DNA from: Candidatus Aminicenantes bacterium
GTDB taxonomy: Bacteria; Acidobacteriota; Aminicenantia; Aminicenantales; JAFGBC01
Direction: 5' to 3'
Assembly: GCA_963702005.1 (NCBI GenBank)
Contig: OY969696.1
Location: 2,976,001-3,040,000, forward strand
DNA length: 64,000 nt
The translations under genes and the position numbers were made by a program. Positions 18,286-32,222 of this stretch are shown here, in pieces. Position 1 is the stretch's first letter. Each line of letters begins with the position of its first letter. The notes beneath the pieces are model-generated. The model saw nothing but the letters and a program-made list of their open reading frames with translations, searched no databases and was not told where the DNA came from.

Positions 18286-19436
18286 AAACACAACACCCCT
18301 GGATCCCCTTGATCTTGACGCTGGCCGTGAGCTTAGCTTCCGCCGACTGCAAGAAAGGCCCGGCGGGGGGCGGCGGCGAGCAGAGAGCCTTCGACCGGTC
18401 CAAGATCACTTTCCCGGTTGAAGTCCAGACAGTGGAACTTCGCTCGCTCGTCTACACCGTGAACGCAGTGGGCTCCGTTGACGCCTTTGAGAAAGTCCAG
18501 GTCACGGCCCGGGTTCCGGGCGTCGTGGACCGGGTCCTTTTCGCCGAAGGGAACTACGCCAACGTGGACCAGATCCTGGTCGAGATCGAGCCCGAACGTT
18601 ATCGTCTGGCCGTCGAAGCGGCCCAGGCCGCCTACGACAAAGCCCTGGCCGCCAAGGCCGACGCCGAGGCGGGTCTCAAGCGGCGCGAAACGGTCATCAC
18701 CCAGAATCCCGGGCTGATCCCGGGCGAGGAGCTCGAGACCTGGCGGACCAAAGTCCTGCTGGCGGCCTCGGATGTCGCCCAGACCAAGTCGTCCCTTAAT
18801 CAGGCCAACCTCAACCTCCACGACGCCTATGTCCGGGTTCCTTTTTCGGGCATCCTCCAAACGCGGACGGTCCAGACCGGACAGTATGTCGAGACGGGAA
18901 CGGTCCTGGCCACCCTCGTCCGGCGCGATCCCATGCTTCTCCGCTTCAAGGTGCCCGAGCGGGACGCCGCCCGCTTCCGGATCGGGATGAAGGCCCTGTT
19001 TAAGGTCAGGGACAACACCCGGGACTACGGCTCCCGGATCGTCCACATCGCCGCCGCCGCCGACGATGTCACCCGGCTCGTCGACGTGACGGCCGAGGTC
19101 GACAACATCCGGGACGAGGCCCTCCGGCCCGGCTCGTTCGCAGAGATCACGGTCCCGGTCAGCAGCGAGCGGAAAGCACCGGTCATACCCCAGACGGCCA
19201 TCCGGCCCAGCGACAGGGGATTCCTGGCCTATGTCGTCGAGAACGACAAGGCCGTGGAACGCATCCTGAGCCTGGGCATGAGGACGGCCGACGGCCAAGT
19301 GGAGGTCCTCTCGGGCCTCACGCCCGGCGAGACTCTGGTTATCCGCGGCGGCGAGGCCTTGCGCAACGGGGCGCCGGTCCGCCTGGGGATGGCCAAGCCG
19401 CAAGCCAAGCCGGCCGTCAATCAAGCCACGAAATAG
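18282..19436 (+). CDS. RND efflux periplasmic adaptor (membrane fusion protein)
   Basis: VTARVPGVV, VRVPFSG, LRPGSFA, GLTPGE motifs; GTGA overlap. Confidence 0.92.
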   Translation: MKTQHPWIPLILTLAVSLASADCKKGPAGGGGEQRAFDRSKITFPVEVQTVELRSLVYTVNAVGSVDAFEKVQVTARVPGVVDRVLFAEGNYANVDQILVEIEPERYRLAVEAAQAAYDKALAAKADAEAGLKRRETVITQNPGLIPGEELETWRTKVLLAASDVAQTKSSLNQANLNLHDAYVRVPFSGILQTRTVQTGQYVETGTVLATLVRRDPMLLRFKVPERDAARFRIGMKALFKVRDNTRDYGSRIVHIAAAADDVTRLVDVTAEVDNIRDEALRPGSFAEITVPVSSERKAPVIPQTAIRPSDRGFLAYVVENDKAVERILSLGMRTADGQVEVLSGLTPGETLVIRGGEALRNGAPVRLGMAKPQAKPAVNQATK

Positions 19437-19460
19437 CAGTCGCGTGAGAGGACGTCTTTC

Positions 19461-22400
19461 ATGAACCTGACAGAAACCTGCGTCAAAAAGCCCGTCCTGG
19501 CCTGGATGCTGATGGCCGCGACGATCGTCTTCGGCCTCGTGGCCGCGTCGCGGATCGGCATCAGCCAGTTCCCGGACGTTGATTTCCCGAATATCTCAGT
19601 GTCCGTCGTCTGGGAGGGCGCCGCTCCCGAGGTCGTCGAGAACGACATCGTCGAGCCCCTGGAGGAAGCCCTCGTGCAGGTGGAAGGGCTCCGGACTATC
19701 ACCTCGTCCTCGCGGATGGGCTCGGCCAACATCACCATCGAGCTCGAACTCTCGCGCAACGTGGACCTGGCCCTCCAGGACGTCCAGACCAAGGTCTCCC
19801 AGGCGGCCCGGATCCTCCCCCGCGATATCGACCCCCCGGTCATCTCCAAGTCCAACCCCGAGGACCAGCCCATCATGATGGTCTCCATGGGCGGACCCTA
19901 CCCGGCCCGAGTGATCAGCGACTACATCCAGTACGGACTGAAGGAAAAGATCCAGACCATCCCGGGCGTCGGCGAGATCACCATGATGGGCGTCCAGACG
20001 CGAAACGTCCGCGTCTGGCTGGATGCGGCCCAGCTCGACGAAAAAGGCCTGACGGTCAGCGACGTCATCCAGGCCCTCCAGCGGGAGCACATCGAACTGC
20101 CGGCCGGCCGGCTGGAGACGTCGGGGCGCGAGGTCAACGTGAGAGTCCTGGGCGAGGCCATGGACCTCGAGACCTTCCGCCACATCGTCATCCGCGAAAT
20201 CAACGGCGCGCCCATCTACCTCAGCGACGTGGGCATGGTCGAGGACGGCTTCGAGGACGTCCGGCGCATGGCCCGTCTGGACGGCATCCCGGCTCAGGCC
20301 ATCGGGATCAAGAAACAGCGCGGGGCCAACGCCGTGGCCGTGGCCCGGGCGGCCAAGGAGGCCATCGCTCAGTACCAGAAGACCTTGCCGGAAGGGATGC
20401 GGATCAGCGTCGTGTCCGATTCGACCACCTTCATCAAGGACTCGGTCAAGGAGATCCAGCTCGAGCTCTTCCTGTCGGTCATTCTGACCGCGCTCGTCTG
20501 CTGGATGTTCCTCGGATCGTTGTCCAGCACTCTGAACGTCATCCTGGCCATCCCCATGTCTCTCATGGGAACGGTCGCCATCATCTATTTCCTGGGGTTC
20601 ACTTTCAACACCTTCACCCTGCTCGGACTGGCCCTGGCGGTGGGCATCGTCGTCGACGACGCCATCATGGTCATGGAAAACATCTTCCGCCACCGGGAGG
20701 GCGGCAAGGGCCTGGTGGCCGCCGCCCTGGAGGGAACCCACGAGATCGCCTTCGCCGCCCTGGCCGCCACCCTGGCCGTGGTGGCCATCTTCGTCCCGGT
20801 CATTTTCATCAAGGGCATCATCGGACGGTTCTTCCTCCAATTCGGCATCACTCTGTGCCTGGCCGTGCTCCTATCCTACGTCGAAGCCGTGACCTTGGCT
20901 CCCGCCCGCTGCTCGCAGTTCCTGAAGACCACCCGCGAGGGACGAAGCCGGATGGGCCTCCTTGTGGATAACAGCTTCCGCTGGCTCGAGAGGACCTACG
21001 CCAGGGTTCTGCGGGTCGGCCTGCGCAAGTCGGGTTTGGTCCTGATCCTGGCCGCCGTCCTCTTCGTTGTCTCCCTGGTGGTCATGACCCGCATGCCGTC
21101 CGAGTTCGTCCCCTCCCAGGACCTGAGCCGGCTCATGATCCGGCTCACGACCGCGGTCGGCTCGGACCTGACCGAGACCGACAAGCTCGTCCAGAAGTGC
21201 GAGGCCATCGTCGCCCCGAAGCCGGAAGTCAGCCAGATCTTCGCCTTCATCGGCGGCTATGGGGGCCAGGTCAACGGCGGCAGTCTCTTCGTCAGCCTGG
21301 TCCCGCCCAAAGAGCGCAAGCTGACCCAGGCCCAACTCTCGGCCATTGTCCGCCGGGAACTCAATTCCATCCCGGGTGTCCGCGCGGTCCTGCAGGATCT
21401 TTCCCAGCAGGGCTTCACCGCCCAGCGCGGCTTCCCGGTCGAATTCTCGGTGCGCGGTTCCGACTGGGACAAACTGGTCTCGGTCAGCCAGGACGTTATG
21501 GCCAAGCTCCGTGAAAGCGGACTGGTCGTAGACCTGGATACGGACTACCAGCTGGGCATGCCCGAGCTGCGCGTCTTCCCCGACCGGGCCATGGCCGCGG
21601 ACGTCGGCGTCTCGATCGACGACGTGGCCACCAGCCTGAACGCCCTGGTGGGCGGACTGCGGGTGGGCAAATATAGTTCCGGCGGCCGTCGGATCGACGT
21701 CCGGCTCAAGCTCATGGCCTCCCAGCGCTCTCGGCCGGAAGACATCGCCCGTCTGCAGGTCCGGACGCGATCAGGACAGCTCGTGCCTCTTTCCTCCCTC
21801 GTGACCACGGTCGAGCGACCCGCCCTCCAGGCCATCACCCGCCGCGACCGCGAGCGGGCCATCTCGATCTACGCCAACGTCGCCCCCGGGCATTCCCAGA
21901 ACGAAGCCATCGGCTTCGTCGAGACCATGGCCAAGGACCTGCCCGTCGGCAACCGCATCGTCCTCGGCGGGGCCAGCGTCGCCTTCCGCGAGTCGATGGG
22001 CAGCCTGCTCTTCGCCATGATCCTGGGCATCGCCATCGCCTACATGATCCTGGCCTCGCAGTTCAACTCCTTCAAGCACCCCGTGACCATCATCACCATC
22101 CTGCCCCTGTCGATCGCCGGCGCCGCCTTCGCCCTCCTGGCCACGGGACGGAGCATCAACGTCTTTAGTATGATCGGTCTTTTGCTGCTCATGGGGATCG
22201 TCAAGAAAAACTCGATTATTCTCGTCGACTACGCCAACAATTTCAGGAACCAGGGTTTCGACGCCAGGACATCCATGGAGAAGGCGGGGCCGATCCGGTT
22301 GAGGCCCATCCTAATGACGGCAACGGCGACCCTGATGGCGGCCATCCCTCCCGCCCTGGGCCTCGGTTCCGGGTCCGAGATCCGCACACCCATGGCCATC

Positions 22401-22514
22401 GCGGTTATCGGCGGCCTGGTCCTGAGCACGATCCTGAGCCTGGTCGTCGTGCCGGCCTTCTACGTCATCGCCGACCGGCTGGGCGGGAAACGAAAACTCA
22501 AAAAGGCGGAATAG
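19461..22514 (+). CDS. RND efflux permease (AcrB/AcrD/AcrF family)
   Basis: 1017 aa; GIVVDDAIMVMENI, GIVKKNSIILVD, RLRPILMT. Confidence 0.96.
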   Translation: MNLTETCVKKPVLAWMLMAATIVFGLVAASRIGISQFPDVDFPNISVSVVWEGAAPEVVENDIVEPLEEALVQVEGLRTITSSSRMGSANITIELELSRNVDLALQDVQTKVSQAARILPRDIDPPVISKSNPEDQPIMMVSMGGPYPARVISDYIQYGLKEKIQTIPGVGEITMMGVQTRNVRVWLDAAQLDEKGLTVSDVIQALQREHIELPAGRLETSGREVNVRVLGEAMDLETFRHIVIREINGAPIYLSDVGMVEDGFEDVRRMARLDGIPAQAIGIKKQRGANAVAVARAAKEAIAQYQKTLPEGMRISVVSDSTTFIKDSVKEIQLELFLSVILTALVCWMFLGSLSSTLNVILAIPMSLMGTVAIIYFLGFTFNTFTLLGLALAVGIVVDDAIMVMENIFRHREGGKGLVAAALEGTHEIAFAALAATLAVVAIFVPVIFIKGIIGRFFLQFGITLCLAVLLSYVEAVTLAPARCSQFLKTTREGRSRMGLLVDNSFRWLERTYARVLRVGLRKSGLVLILAAVLFVVSLVVMTRMPSEFVPSQDLSRLMIRLTTAVGSDLTETDKLVQKCEAIVAPKPEVSQIFAFIGGYGGQVNGGSLFVSLVPPKERKLTQAQLSAIVRRELNSIPGVRAVLQDLSQQGFTAQRGFPVEFSVRGSDWDKLVSVSQDVMAKLRESGLVVDLDTDYQLGMPELRVFPDRAMAADVGVSIDDVATSLNALVGGLRVGKYSSGGRRIDVRLKLMASQRSRPEDIARLQVRTRSGQLVPLSSLVTTVERPALQAITRRDRERAISIYANVAPGHSQNEAIGFVETMAKDLPVGNRIVLGGASVAFRESMGSLLFAMILGIAIAYMILASQFNSFKHPVTIITILPLSIAGAAFALLATGRSINVFSMIGLLLLMGIVKKNSIILVDYANNFRNQGFDARTSMEKAGPIRLRPILMTATATLMAAIPPALGLGSGSEIRTPMAIAVIGGLVLSTILSLVVVPAFYVIADRLGGKRKLKKAE

Positions 22515-22600
22515 GATTCCTCATTCAAAATCGGCCGGCGGGAAGAAAAAAGGACCTGTTTCGTCTAAAATATGAACTATCGTACAGGAGGTCTGAGATC

Positions 22601-24427
22601 ATGAAAAAGCCGTTCATCGCCGTGTCTTTGATCCTGATTTTGGCGCTCTTCTCCGGGGCCCAACAGGCCCAGCCCCAGCAACCGAAGCCCGAGGACATTC
22701 TCAAGAACCTGGTCACCGTCGAGACACCGCTGGCCGTCCCCGACGCCCTGAAGACGGGATTCGAATCCATCACGGCCAAAGACTCGATCACTCTGCTCTC
22801 CTACTTGTCCTCCGACCTCATGGAGGGCCGCGAGACGGGGACGCGCGGCTACCAACTGGCCGCCGAGTATGCCGCCTCGCTCCTGTCCTTGTGGAAGGTC
22901 AAGCCCCTGGGAGACGCCCCGCGGCCCCAGGGATTCGGCCGCTTCAGCCCGCCCGCCCCCGGGGCTCCGGCCGCTCCCCCCGTCGAGAAGACCTACTTCC
23001 AGAACATCATCTTCAAGGAAATCAGCGACGCGGCGGCCGAGATGACGCTTGAAGTCCACAAGGGCGATCTGATCAAGACCCGCGTCTACCAGGCCGGGGT
23101 CGATTACGCGAGCATGTCGTCCACTCCCGAGACCGTCAGCGCCCCGGTCGTTTTCGCCGGCTACGGAATCACGGAGAAGACCGTCGGCTACGACGATTTC
23201 AAGAACCTCGACGTCAAAGGAAAGATCATCCTCATCCTGTCCGAGGCCCCCGGCAAGGACGACCCGAAGTCTCCGTTCCAGGCCACTAAGGAGCTCAAGG
23301 ACAAGTACTTTCCAACCTTCAGCCCGATGCAGATGATGAGGATGGGCGAGGGTTTCAGCAAGATTCGAGAGATCGCCAAGCTCGGCCCGGCCGCCGTCCT
23401 CCAAGTCCAAAATAAGGGCAAGGACGCCGACATCTACCGCTCCCTGGGCGATCCCCGCCCGACGAGCGACGACCGGCCCATCATCAACCGCCCGCGCCGC
23501 CGTCTGCTGGTCCCGGGCACGGCCGGCAACATGCCCTGGGAACGCTCCTCCGTCATCACGATCACTCGCGAGATGGCCGACGCCGTCCTGGAAGGGAGCG
23601 GCCTCAAGCTCGACGACCTCCAGAAGAAAATCGAGACGACCTACAAGCCGACCTCGCTCGTCATCCCCGGGACCCGGCTGACCCTGACGACGACGGCCAA
23701 GACGTCCCTGGTCAAGGCCATGAACGTCCTCGGCATCATCGAGGGCACGGACCCGGTCCTAAAGGATGAGTTTGTGTTCATCGGCGCCCATCTTGACCAC
23801 CTGGGCGCCTTCGGCGATTACGTCTTCAACGGGGCGGACGACAACGGCTCGGGCTCGGTCGGCGTCCTGAATATCGCGCGGGCCATGGCCCTCAGTCCCC
23901 GGAAGCCCAAGCGCTCCGTCGTCTTCGCTCTTTGGACGGGTGAAGAGGAAGGCTTGCTCGGCTCCCGCGCCTATGTCATGAACCCGGCCGTACCGCTGGC
24001 CAAGACCGTCGCCTACTTCAACCTGGATATGATCAGCCGGCCCTACGACGAAAAATCCATCCAGCGGATGGCCTTCATGATGAACGTCCCGGCCGGCCCG
24101 GACCTCCTCAAGAAGATCCACCCGGCCAATTTCCTAATCCTCAACTTTGCGGCCGGAGCCGGACTGGCCGAAGCGCTCCGGGCTGCCGATCAGTACGTCG
24201 GCCTGGACCTCTACCTCCGCGAAGCCCAAGCCCAGGAAGGCCGCGGCATGGGCGGCTCGGATCATTCGTCCTTCGCCGGCGTCAAAATCCCCTGGCTGTT
24301 CGCGATGGCCTCGATGACCGATGATTATCACCAGACGAGCGACAGCGTCGAAAAGGTCAGCGGGGACCTGATCGAAAAAACCTCGCGCCTCGCTTTCGCC
24401 ACCATCTACGGCCTCGCCGACAAATAG
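22601..24427 (+). CDS. M28 family peptidase with PA domain
   Basis: GAHLDH, GADDNGSG, TGEEEGLLGS, NLDMI, SDH, DYHQTSD. Confidence 0.92.
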   Translation: MKKPFIAVSLILILALFSGAQQAQPQQPKPEDILKNLVTVETPLAVPDALKTGFESITAKDSITLLSYLSSDLMEGRETGTRGYQLAAEYAASLLSLWKVKPLGDAPRPQGFGRFSPPAPGAPAAPPVEKTYFQNIIFKEISDAAAEMTLEVHKGDLIKTRVYQAGVDYASMSSTPETVSAPVVFAGYGITEKTVGYDDFKNLDVKGKIILILSEAPGKDDPKSPFQATKELKDKYFPTFSPMQMMRMGEGFSKIREIAKLGPAAVLQVQNKGKDADIYRSLGDPRPTSDDRPIINRPRRRLLVPGTAGNMPWERSSVITITREMADAVLEGSGLKLDDLQKKIETTYKPTSLVIPGTRLTLTTTAKTSLVKAMNVLGIIEGTDPVLKDEFVFIGAHLDHLGAFGDYVFNGADDNGSGSVGVLNIARAMALSPRKPKRSVVFALWTGEEEGLLGSRAYVMNPAVPLAKTVAYFNLDMISRPYDEKSIQRMAFMMNVPAGPDLLKKIHPANFLILNFAAGAGLAEALRAADQYVGLDLYLREAQAQEGRGMGGSDHSSFAGVKIPWLFAMASMTDDYHQTSDSVEKVSGDLIEKTSRLAFATIYGLADK

Positions 24428-24523
24428 GCTCGGGATCCGAATTCGGGCCGGCCGGTCGGGCAACCTTTCCGGCCGCCCCTGCGTCTTTTAGGGGTGTAGT
24501 TTCTTAGCAAGGAGGTTGCCGTT

Positions 24524-25333
24524 ATGACCGCAAGAACTCGAATCGCAGCGATCGGCTTGGTCTTTCTCCTGGCCGGCGGAGGCGCTTTCCTCCGCGCCGA
24601 TTACCAGGAGGAATTCGCCAAGACCGTCCCCCTCAAGGCGGGTGGCATCTTCAGCCTCGAGAACGTCAACGGGCGGGTCTCCATCTCCACCTGGAAAGAA
24701 GACAAGGCCGAGATCAAGGCCCTGAAGGTCGCCGAACGCGACAAGGAAGACCTCAAGGAGGTCGAGATCGTCGTCGAGGAGAAGGCCGGGGTTGTCAGCG
24801 TCAAGGCCGTCTGGCCGAAATACAGCCATAACCTTCGCGTCTATGTCGATTTCGACGTCCGGGTCCCGGAAGGCGCCCTGCTCAAGGGCGTCGAGACGGT
24901 GAACGGCGATGTCCATGTCACCGGGCCCTACGGCGCCATCGACGCCGAGACGACCAACGGGACGATCGAGGCTTCCGACGCCAAGGGAGATCTTGACGCC
25001 GAGACCACCAACGGCGATATCTTGGTCCGCGGCGTCGAGGGCCGCGTCAAAGTCGAAACAACCAACGGCTCCATCCGGCTCGAACAGGTCCGCTTCGCGG
25101 GCGGCCTCGAGGCGGAGACGACCAACGGCGGCATCACCCTGCGGCTGGAGGACCCGGACAAGGTCAACGCCAACCTCCGGGCCGAGACGACCAACGGTCA
25201 CATTTCCTTCGACTTCCCGGTGACCCTCAAGAAAATGCGGAAGTCGCCCCACGATCTGGAGGTCGAAATCGGGCAGGGCGGACCGCTGATTTCCCTGTCC
25301 ACGACCAACGGCTCGATCACGGTCACCCGCTGA
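24524..25333 (+). CDS. DUF4097 (putative adhesin) beta-strand repeat protein
   Basis: Signal peptide and repeated ETTNG.I units. Confidence 0.85.
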   Translation: MTARTRIAAIGLVFLLAGGGAFLRADYQEEFAKTVPLKAGGIFSLENVNGRVSISTWKEDKAEIKALKVAERDKEDLKEVEIVVEEKAGVVSVKAVWPKYSHNLRVYVDFDVRVPEGALLKGVETVNGDVHVTGPYGAIDAETTNGTIEASDAKGDLDAETTNGDILVRGVEGRVKVETTNGSIRLEQVRFAGGLEAETTNGGITLRLEDPDKVNANLRAETTNGHISFDFPVTLKKMRKSPHDLEVEIGQGGPLISLSTTNGSITVTR

Positions 25334-25631
25334 CCCGAAACCGCATTTCCGCATCGGGGGGGAGGCCGTCCGCCCCCCCCGGTATTCATCCGCCGAGATA
25401 ACGCCCCGACCTCGCTCACCGCTCTCTTTGGAGCTGGTCCCGAATAGATAGAGGCCAGGGAGTCCTGGCCTTGAAACTAAACGATCGAAAGGGGGGATAG
25501 GAGGGAGAATCAGGAGGTCATTCGCTCATCGTCCCATTAGACCTCCGACTCGGCCCGCTTATTCCAGGTTGGTTCTTCTAGAAGACCGGAACACCCGGAC
25601 CGGAGAAAAATATGATAGAATAAATGTGTTC

Positions 25632-25988
25632 ATGAGCCTCGATACGACGACGAACAAACCGCTCAAATTCGGGGTCAATCTGGCCGGCCTCCTGATCGCA
25701 GGCTGGCTTCTTTGGCCGTTCTACAAGATCGACGCCTCCGACTATGCCCACGCTCGAGCGAATGTTTATCGCCTGGCCTTCGGGCTCATGATACTGATCA
25801 TGTACTTGGGGAAGCTGACTTTCGACGTCCTCGCGCCCCAGGGACTGGCCCGGCGCGTCTCGAATCTCAAGACGGCCGGGCTTCTCCTGTTCGGCCTGCT
25901 GATCACCGCCTTCATCATCTATGTGGTCATCCAGGCCGGAGCCCTCTTCCTCCAGAACGGAGCCAGCCAGGATACGGTTCCCTTCTGA
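25632..25988 (+). CDS. Hypothetical membrane protein (about 3 TM segments)
   Basis: Hydrophobic ORF; start uncertain (ORF track 25569). Confidence 0.55.
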   Translation: MSLDTTTNKPLKFGVNLAGLLIAGWLLWPFYKIDASDYAHARANVYRLAFGLMILIMYLGKLTFDVLAPQGLARRVSNLKTAGLLLFGLLITAFIIYVVIQAGALFLQNGASQDTVPF

Positions 25989-26072
25989 AGACAATTCACA
26001 CATCGTTTCCATTCCGCTTGGACCGCTTGCGGGTTTCTCCGCTCTATGATATATCTGCCCGGTATCCTTACG

Positions 26073-26975
26073 ATGAAAACGCTGCTTATCGTCAATCCCG
26101 CCGCGGGGCACGGCCGGGGGAAAAAATGCTTCGAGCGGCTGGGGCCGCGGCTCGGGGACGCGATTCCGGGACTCATCGTCCGGATTTCGGAATATCCCGG
26201 CCACGCCGTCGAGCTTGGGCGACGGGCGGGCGAGGAAGGGTTCGAACGCCTGATTCTCCTGGGGGGCGACGGCACGCCCTTTGAGGTCGTCAACGGCCTT
26301 TATGCCGGCGGACGTCCGGAGACGCGTCCCGAGATCGGCCTGATCCCGGCCGGGACCGGGAATTCCTTCGTCCGCGACTTCGGCGTTCTCAGCGCCGATC
26401 AGGCCCTCGACAACATCCTGGCCGGCCGCCGCCACCTCGTCGACCTCATCGAGTTCGAGCATGAGTTCGGCTTCGGAACCGCCCGGCGCTATGCCCTGAA
26501 TATCCTGGGCGTCGGCCTCATCGCCGATATCCTCCAGCTGACCAACGAGCGCCTCAAATTCCTGGGCGCCGCCGGGTACAGCCTGGCCGTTCTCCTCCGG
26601 TTGGCCAAAGGCATGGCCAACCGGATCGAGATCGAGACGGACGGCCGCGCCCGGACGGTCGCCGACAGCGCCTTGGTCGTCTCCAACTCCAAGTACACGG
26701 GCGGCAACATGATGATCGCGCCGGGCGCCGACCTCTCGGACGGCCGCGCCGACCTCGTCCTCTTCAACCGGGTCAACCGCCGCGAGATCGTCGCCATCTT
26801 CCGGGGCGTTTTCTCGGGCCGCCATACGGCGCACCCTAAAGTCGAGGTCCTCCAGGCCGCCCGGATTTCCGTGGCCGGAACCCCTTCCCTGCGCGTCATG
26901 GCCGACGGCGAGCTGCTGGGGATGACGCCGCTCCGGCTCAGAGTCCTCCGGGGCGAGCTGACCATTCTGGTATGA
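26073..26975 (+). CDS. Diacylglycerol kinase family (YegS/BmrU) lipid kinase
   Basis: IVNPAAG, GGDGT, IPAGTGNSF, ADGE. Confidence 0.92.
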   Translation: MKTLLIVNPAAGHGRGKKCFERLGPRLGDAIPGLIVRISEYPGHAVELGRRAGEEGFERLILLGGDGTPFEVVNGLYAGGRPETRPEIGLIPAGTGNSFVRDFGVLSADQALDNILAGRRHLVDLIEFEHEFGFGTARRYALNILGVGLIADILQLTNERLKFLGAAGYSLAVLLRLAKGMANRIEIETDGRARTVADSALVVSNSKYTGGNMMIAPGADLSDGRADLVLFNRVNRREIVAIFRGVFSGRHTAHPKVEVLQAARISVAGTPSLRVMADGELLGMTPLRLRVLRGELTILV

Positions 26976-27694
26976 CCGGCATCGGCGAACGTCTCCGCTC
27001 CAATCTCCTCTGGGGTGCCGCCCTTCCCGTCTTCGCGGCCTCCTGCGTTTGTCTCTGGCTGGCGTCTTTCGTCCTCGGCGGCCGCGCTCTGGAACGCCTG
27101 CTCAAGTTTTTATGCCGGCTCGTCCTCTCCGTATGCGGCATCCGCGTCCATGTCCGCGGCGCCGAAAACGTCCTCCCCGGAAGGCAGTATATCGTGATGA
27201 TGAATCACGTCAACTTCTTCGATCCTCTGGTCCTTTGCTCGGGCTTCCCGGGGATGGCCCGCGGGGTCGAGGAGGAAAGCCATTTCCGCTGGCCGGTCTA
27301 CGGAGCGACCATCCGGCGCCTCGGCGTGATCCCGATCAGCCGCAGGGACAGGACCAAGGCCGTCGAGAGTCTACGGCGCGCGGCGGTCTGGATCCGGTCG
27401 CGTCCGGATTATTCCTTCGTCATCCTTCCCGAAGGGACGCGGACCCTCGACAACAAGCTGAGCGAATTCAAACGGGGAGGGTTTCTGCTGGCCTTGGAGA
27501 CGGGCTTGGACATCCTTCCCATCGTCCAAACAGGGGCCTTCCGGATCGCCCGCAAGGGAAGCCTGCTCATACGTCCCGGCCGGGTCGAGCTGACGATAGA
27601 GCCGGGCGTGTCCCCGGCCGGCTATACCGGGGATAAGGTCGCCGAGCTCCTGGAGCGCGTCCGCGCCGTCTTCCTGCGCCGCGCCGAAGGCTGA
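26972..27694 (+). CDS. Lysophospholipid acyltransferase (PlsC-like)
   Basis: NHVNFFD (NHxxxxD), PEGTR, FKRGGF; ATGA overlap. Confidence 0.9.
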   Translation: MTGIGERLRSNLLWGAALPVFAASCVCLWLASFVLGGRALERLLKFLCRLVLSVCGIRVHVRGAENVLPGRQYIVMMNHVNFFDPLVLCSGFPGMARGVEEESHFRWPVYGATIRRLGVIPISRRDRTKAVESLRRAAVWIRSRPDYSFVILPEGTRTLDNKLSEFKRGGFLLALETGLDILPIVQTGAFRIARKGSLLIRPGRVELTIEPGVSPAGYTGDKVAELLERVRAVFLRRAEG

Positions 27695-31216
<3,522 letters not shown>

Positions 31217-31304
31217 GGTAGGACTCCTTGGCCGGTCGGGTCTTTAAAAATCCAAACAGTTCATTATGCTCATTTCAGGGAAAATTTCAATAAAAAAAGC
31301 GGCT

Positions 31305-31910
31305 TCAGTCCTTGAGCTCGGTCCGTCCTTCCAATGCCTTCTTGATCGTCACCTGGTCGGCGAAGTCGAGGTCCGAGCCGACCGGAAGCCCCATGGCCAG
31401 GCGGCTCAGCTTGGCCCCGGAGTCCTTGAGGAAGCGGACGAGGAAGAGGGCCGTCGCCTCGCCCTCGACGGTCGGGTTCGTGGCCAGGATGATCTCGCGG
31501 AAGCGGCCCGTCCGGACTCTGTCCAAGAGACGGTCGACCTTGAGCTCCTCCGGGCCGACGCCCTTGAGGGGGGCGAAGGTCCCGAGAAGGACGTAATACC
31601 GGCCGTGGAAGGCGCCGGTTTTTTCGATCGAGGCGATGTTGAAGGGCTCCTCGACGACGCACAGGACGTCGTCGCTGCGGGAAGGATCCGAGCAGATCGC
31701 GCAGGGATCGACGTGGGTGATGTTATTGCAGCGGGAGCAGTAGAAGATGGACCGCTTGGCGTCGCGGATGGCCTCGGCCAGCCGGTCGCCCTCCTCGGCG
31801 GGCAAGCCGAGAATGTGGAAGGCGATCCGCTGGGCCGTCTTGGCGCCGATGCCGGGGATGCGGCGGAGCTCCTCAATCAGACGGTGGAGGGGCTCGGCGA
31901 ACTCGAACAT
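31305..31910 (-). CDS. recR: Recombination mediator RecR
   Basis: PGIGAKTAQR HhH motif, C4 zinc finger, ILATNPTVEGEATA. Confidence 0.97.
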   Translation of the reverse strand: MFEFAEPLHRLIEELRRIPGIGAKTAQRIAFHILGLPAEEGDRLAEAIRDAKRSIFYCSRCNNITHVDPCAICSDPSRSDDVLCVVEEPFNIASIEKTGAFHGRYYVLLGTFAPLKGVGPEELKVDRLLDRVRTGRFREIILATNPTVEGEATALFLVRFLKDSGAKLSRLAMGLPVGSDLDFADQVTIKKALEGRTELKD

Positions 31911-32221
31911 CAGAACATGCCCGGGATCTTGAGGCCAGCTCCCAAGCTCCCCAGCCGCCGGGCCATTTCCTCGTCGGCTTTGGCGGCCGCGTCGCGGACG
32001 GCGGCCACGATAAGGTCCTGGAGCATCTCGATGTCGTCGCGGTTGACGACCTCGGGGTCGAGCCGGATTCCAAGGATGTTCTTATGGCCGTCGATGGTGA
32101 CGACGACCATGCCGCCCCCGCTCGTCCCCTCCAGCCGGAGCTCGGCGAGCTCCTTCTGCATCTTTTCTTGCATCTCCTTGGCGGACTGGAGCATCTTCTG
32201 GAGATGTCCCAGGTTCTTCAT
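31910..32221 (-). CDS. ybaB: YbaB/EbfC nucleoid-associated protein
   Basis: SGGGMV, DIEMLQDLIVAA; conserved position between dnaX and recR. Confidence 0.95.
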   Translation of the reverse strand: MKNLGHLQKMLQSAKEMQEKMQKELAELRLEGTSGGGMVVVTIDGHKNILGIRLDPEVVNRDDIEMLQDLIVAAVRDAAAKADEEMARRLGSLGAGLKIPGMF

Positions 32222-32222
32222 A

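Noticed and set aside
24890-25330. Periodic GAGACGACCAACGG repeats resembling a CRISPR array
   Set aside because: They encode ETTNG repeats of the DUF4097 protein. No cas genes or true repeat-spacer array were seen in the window.
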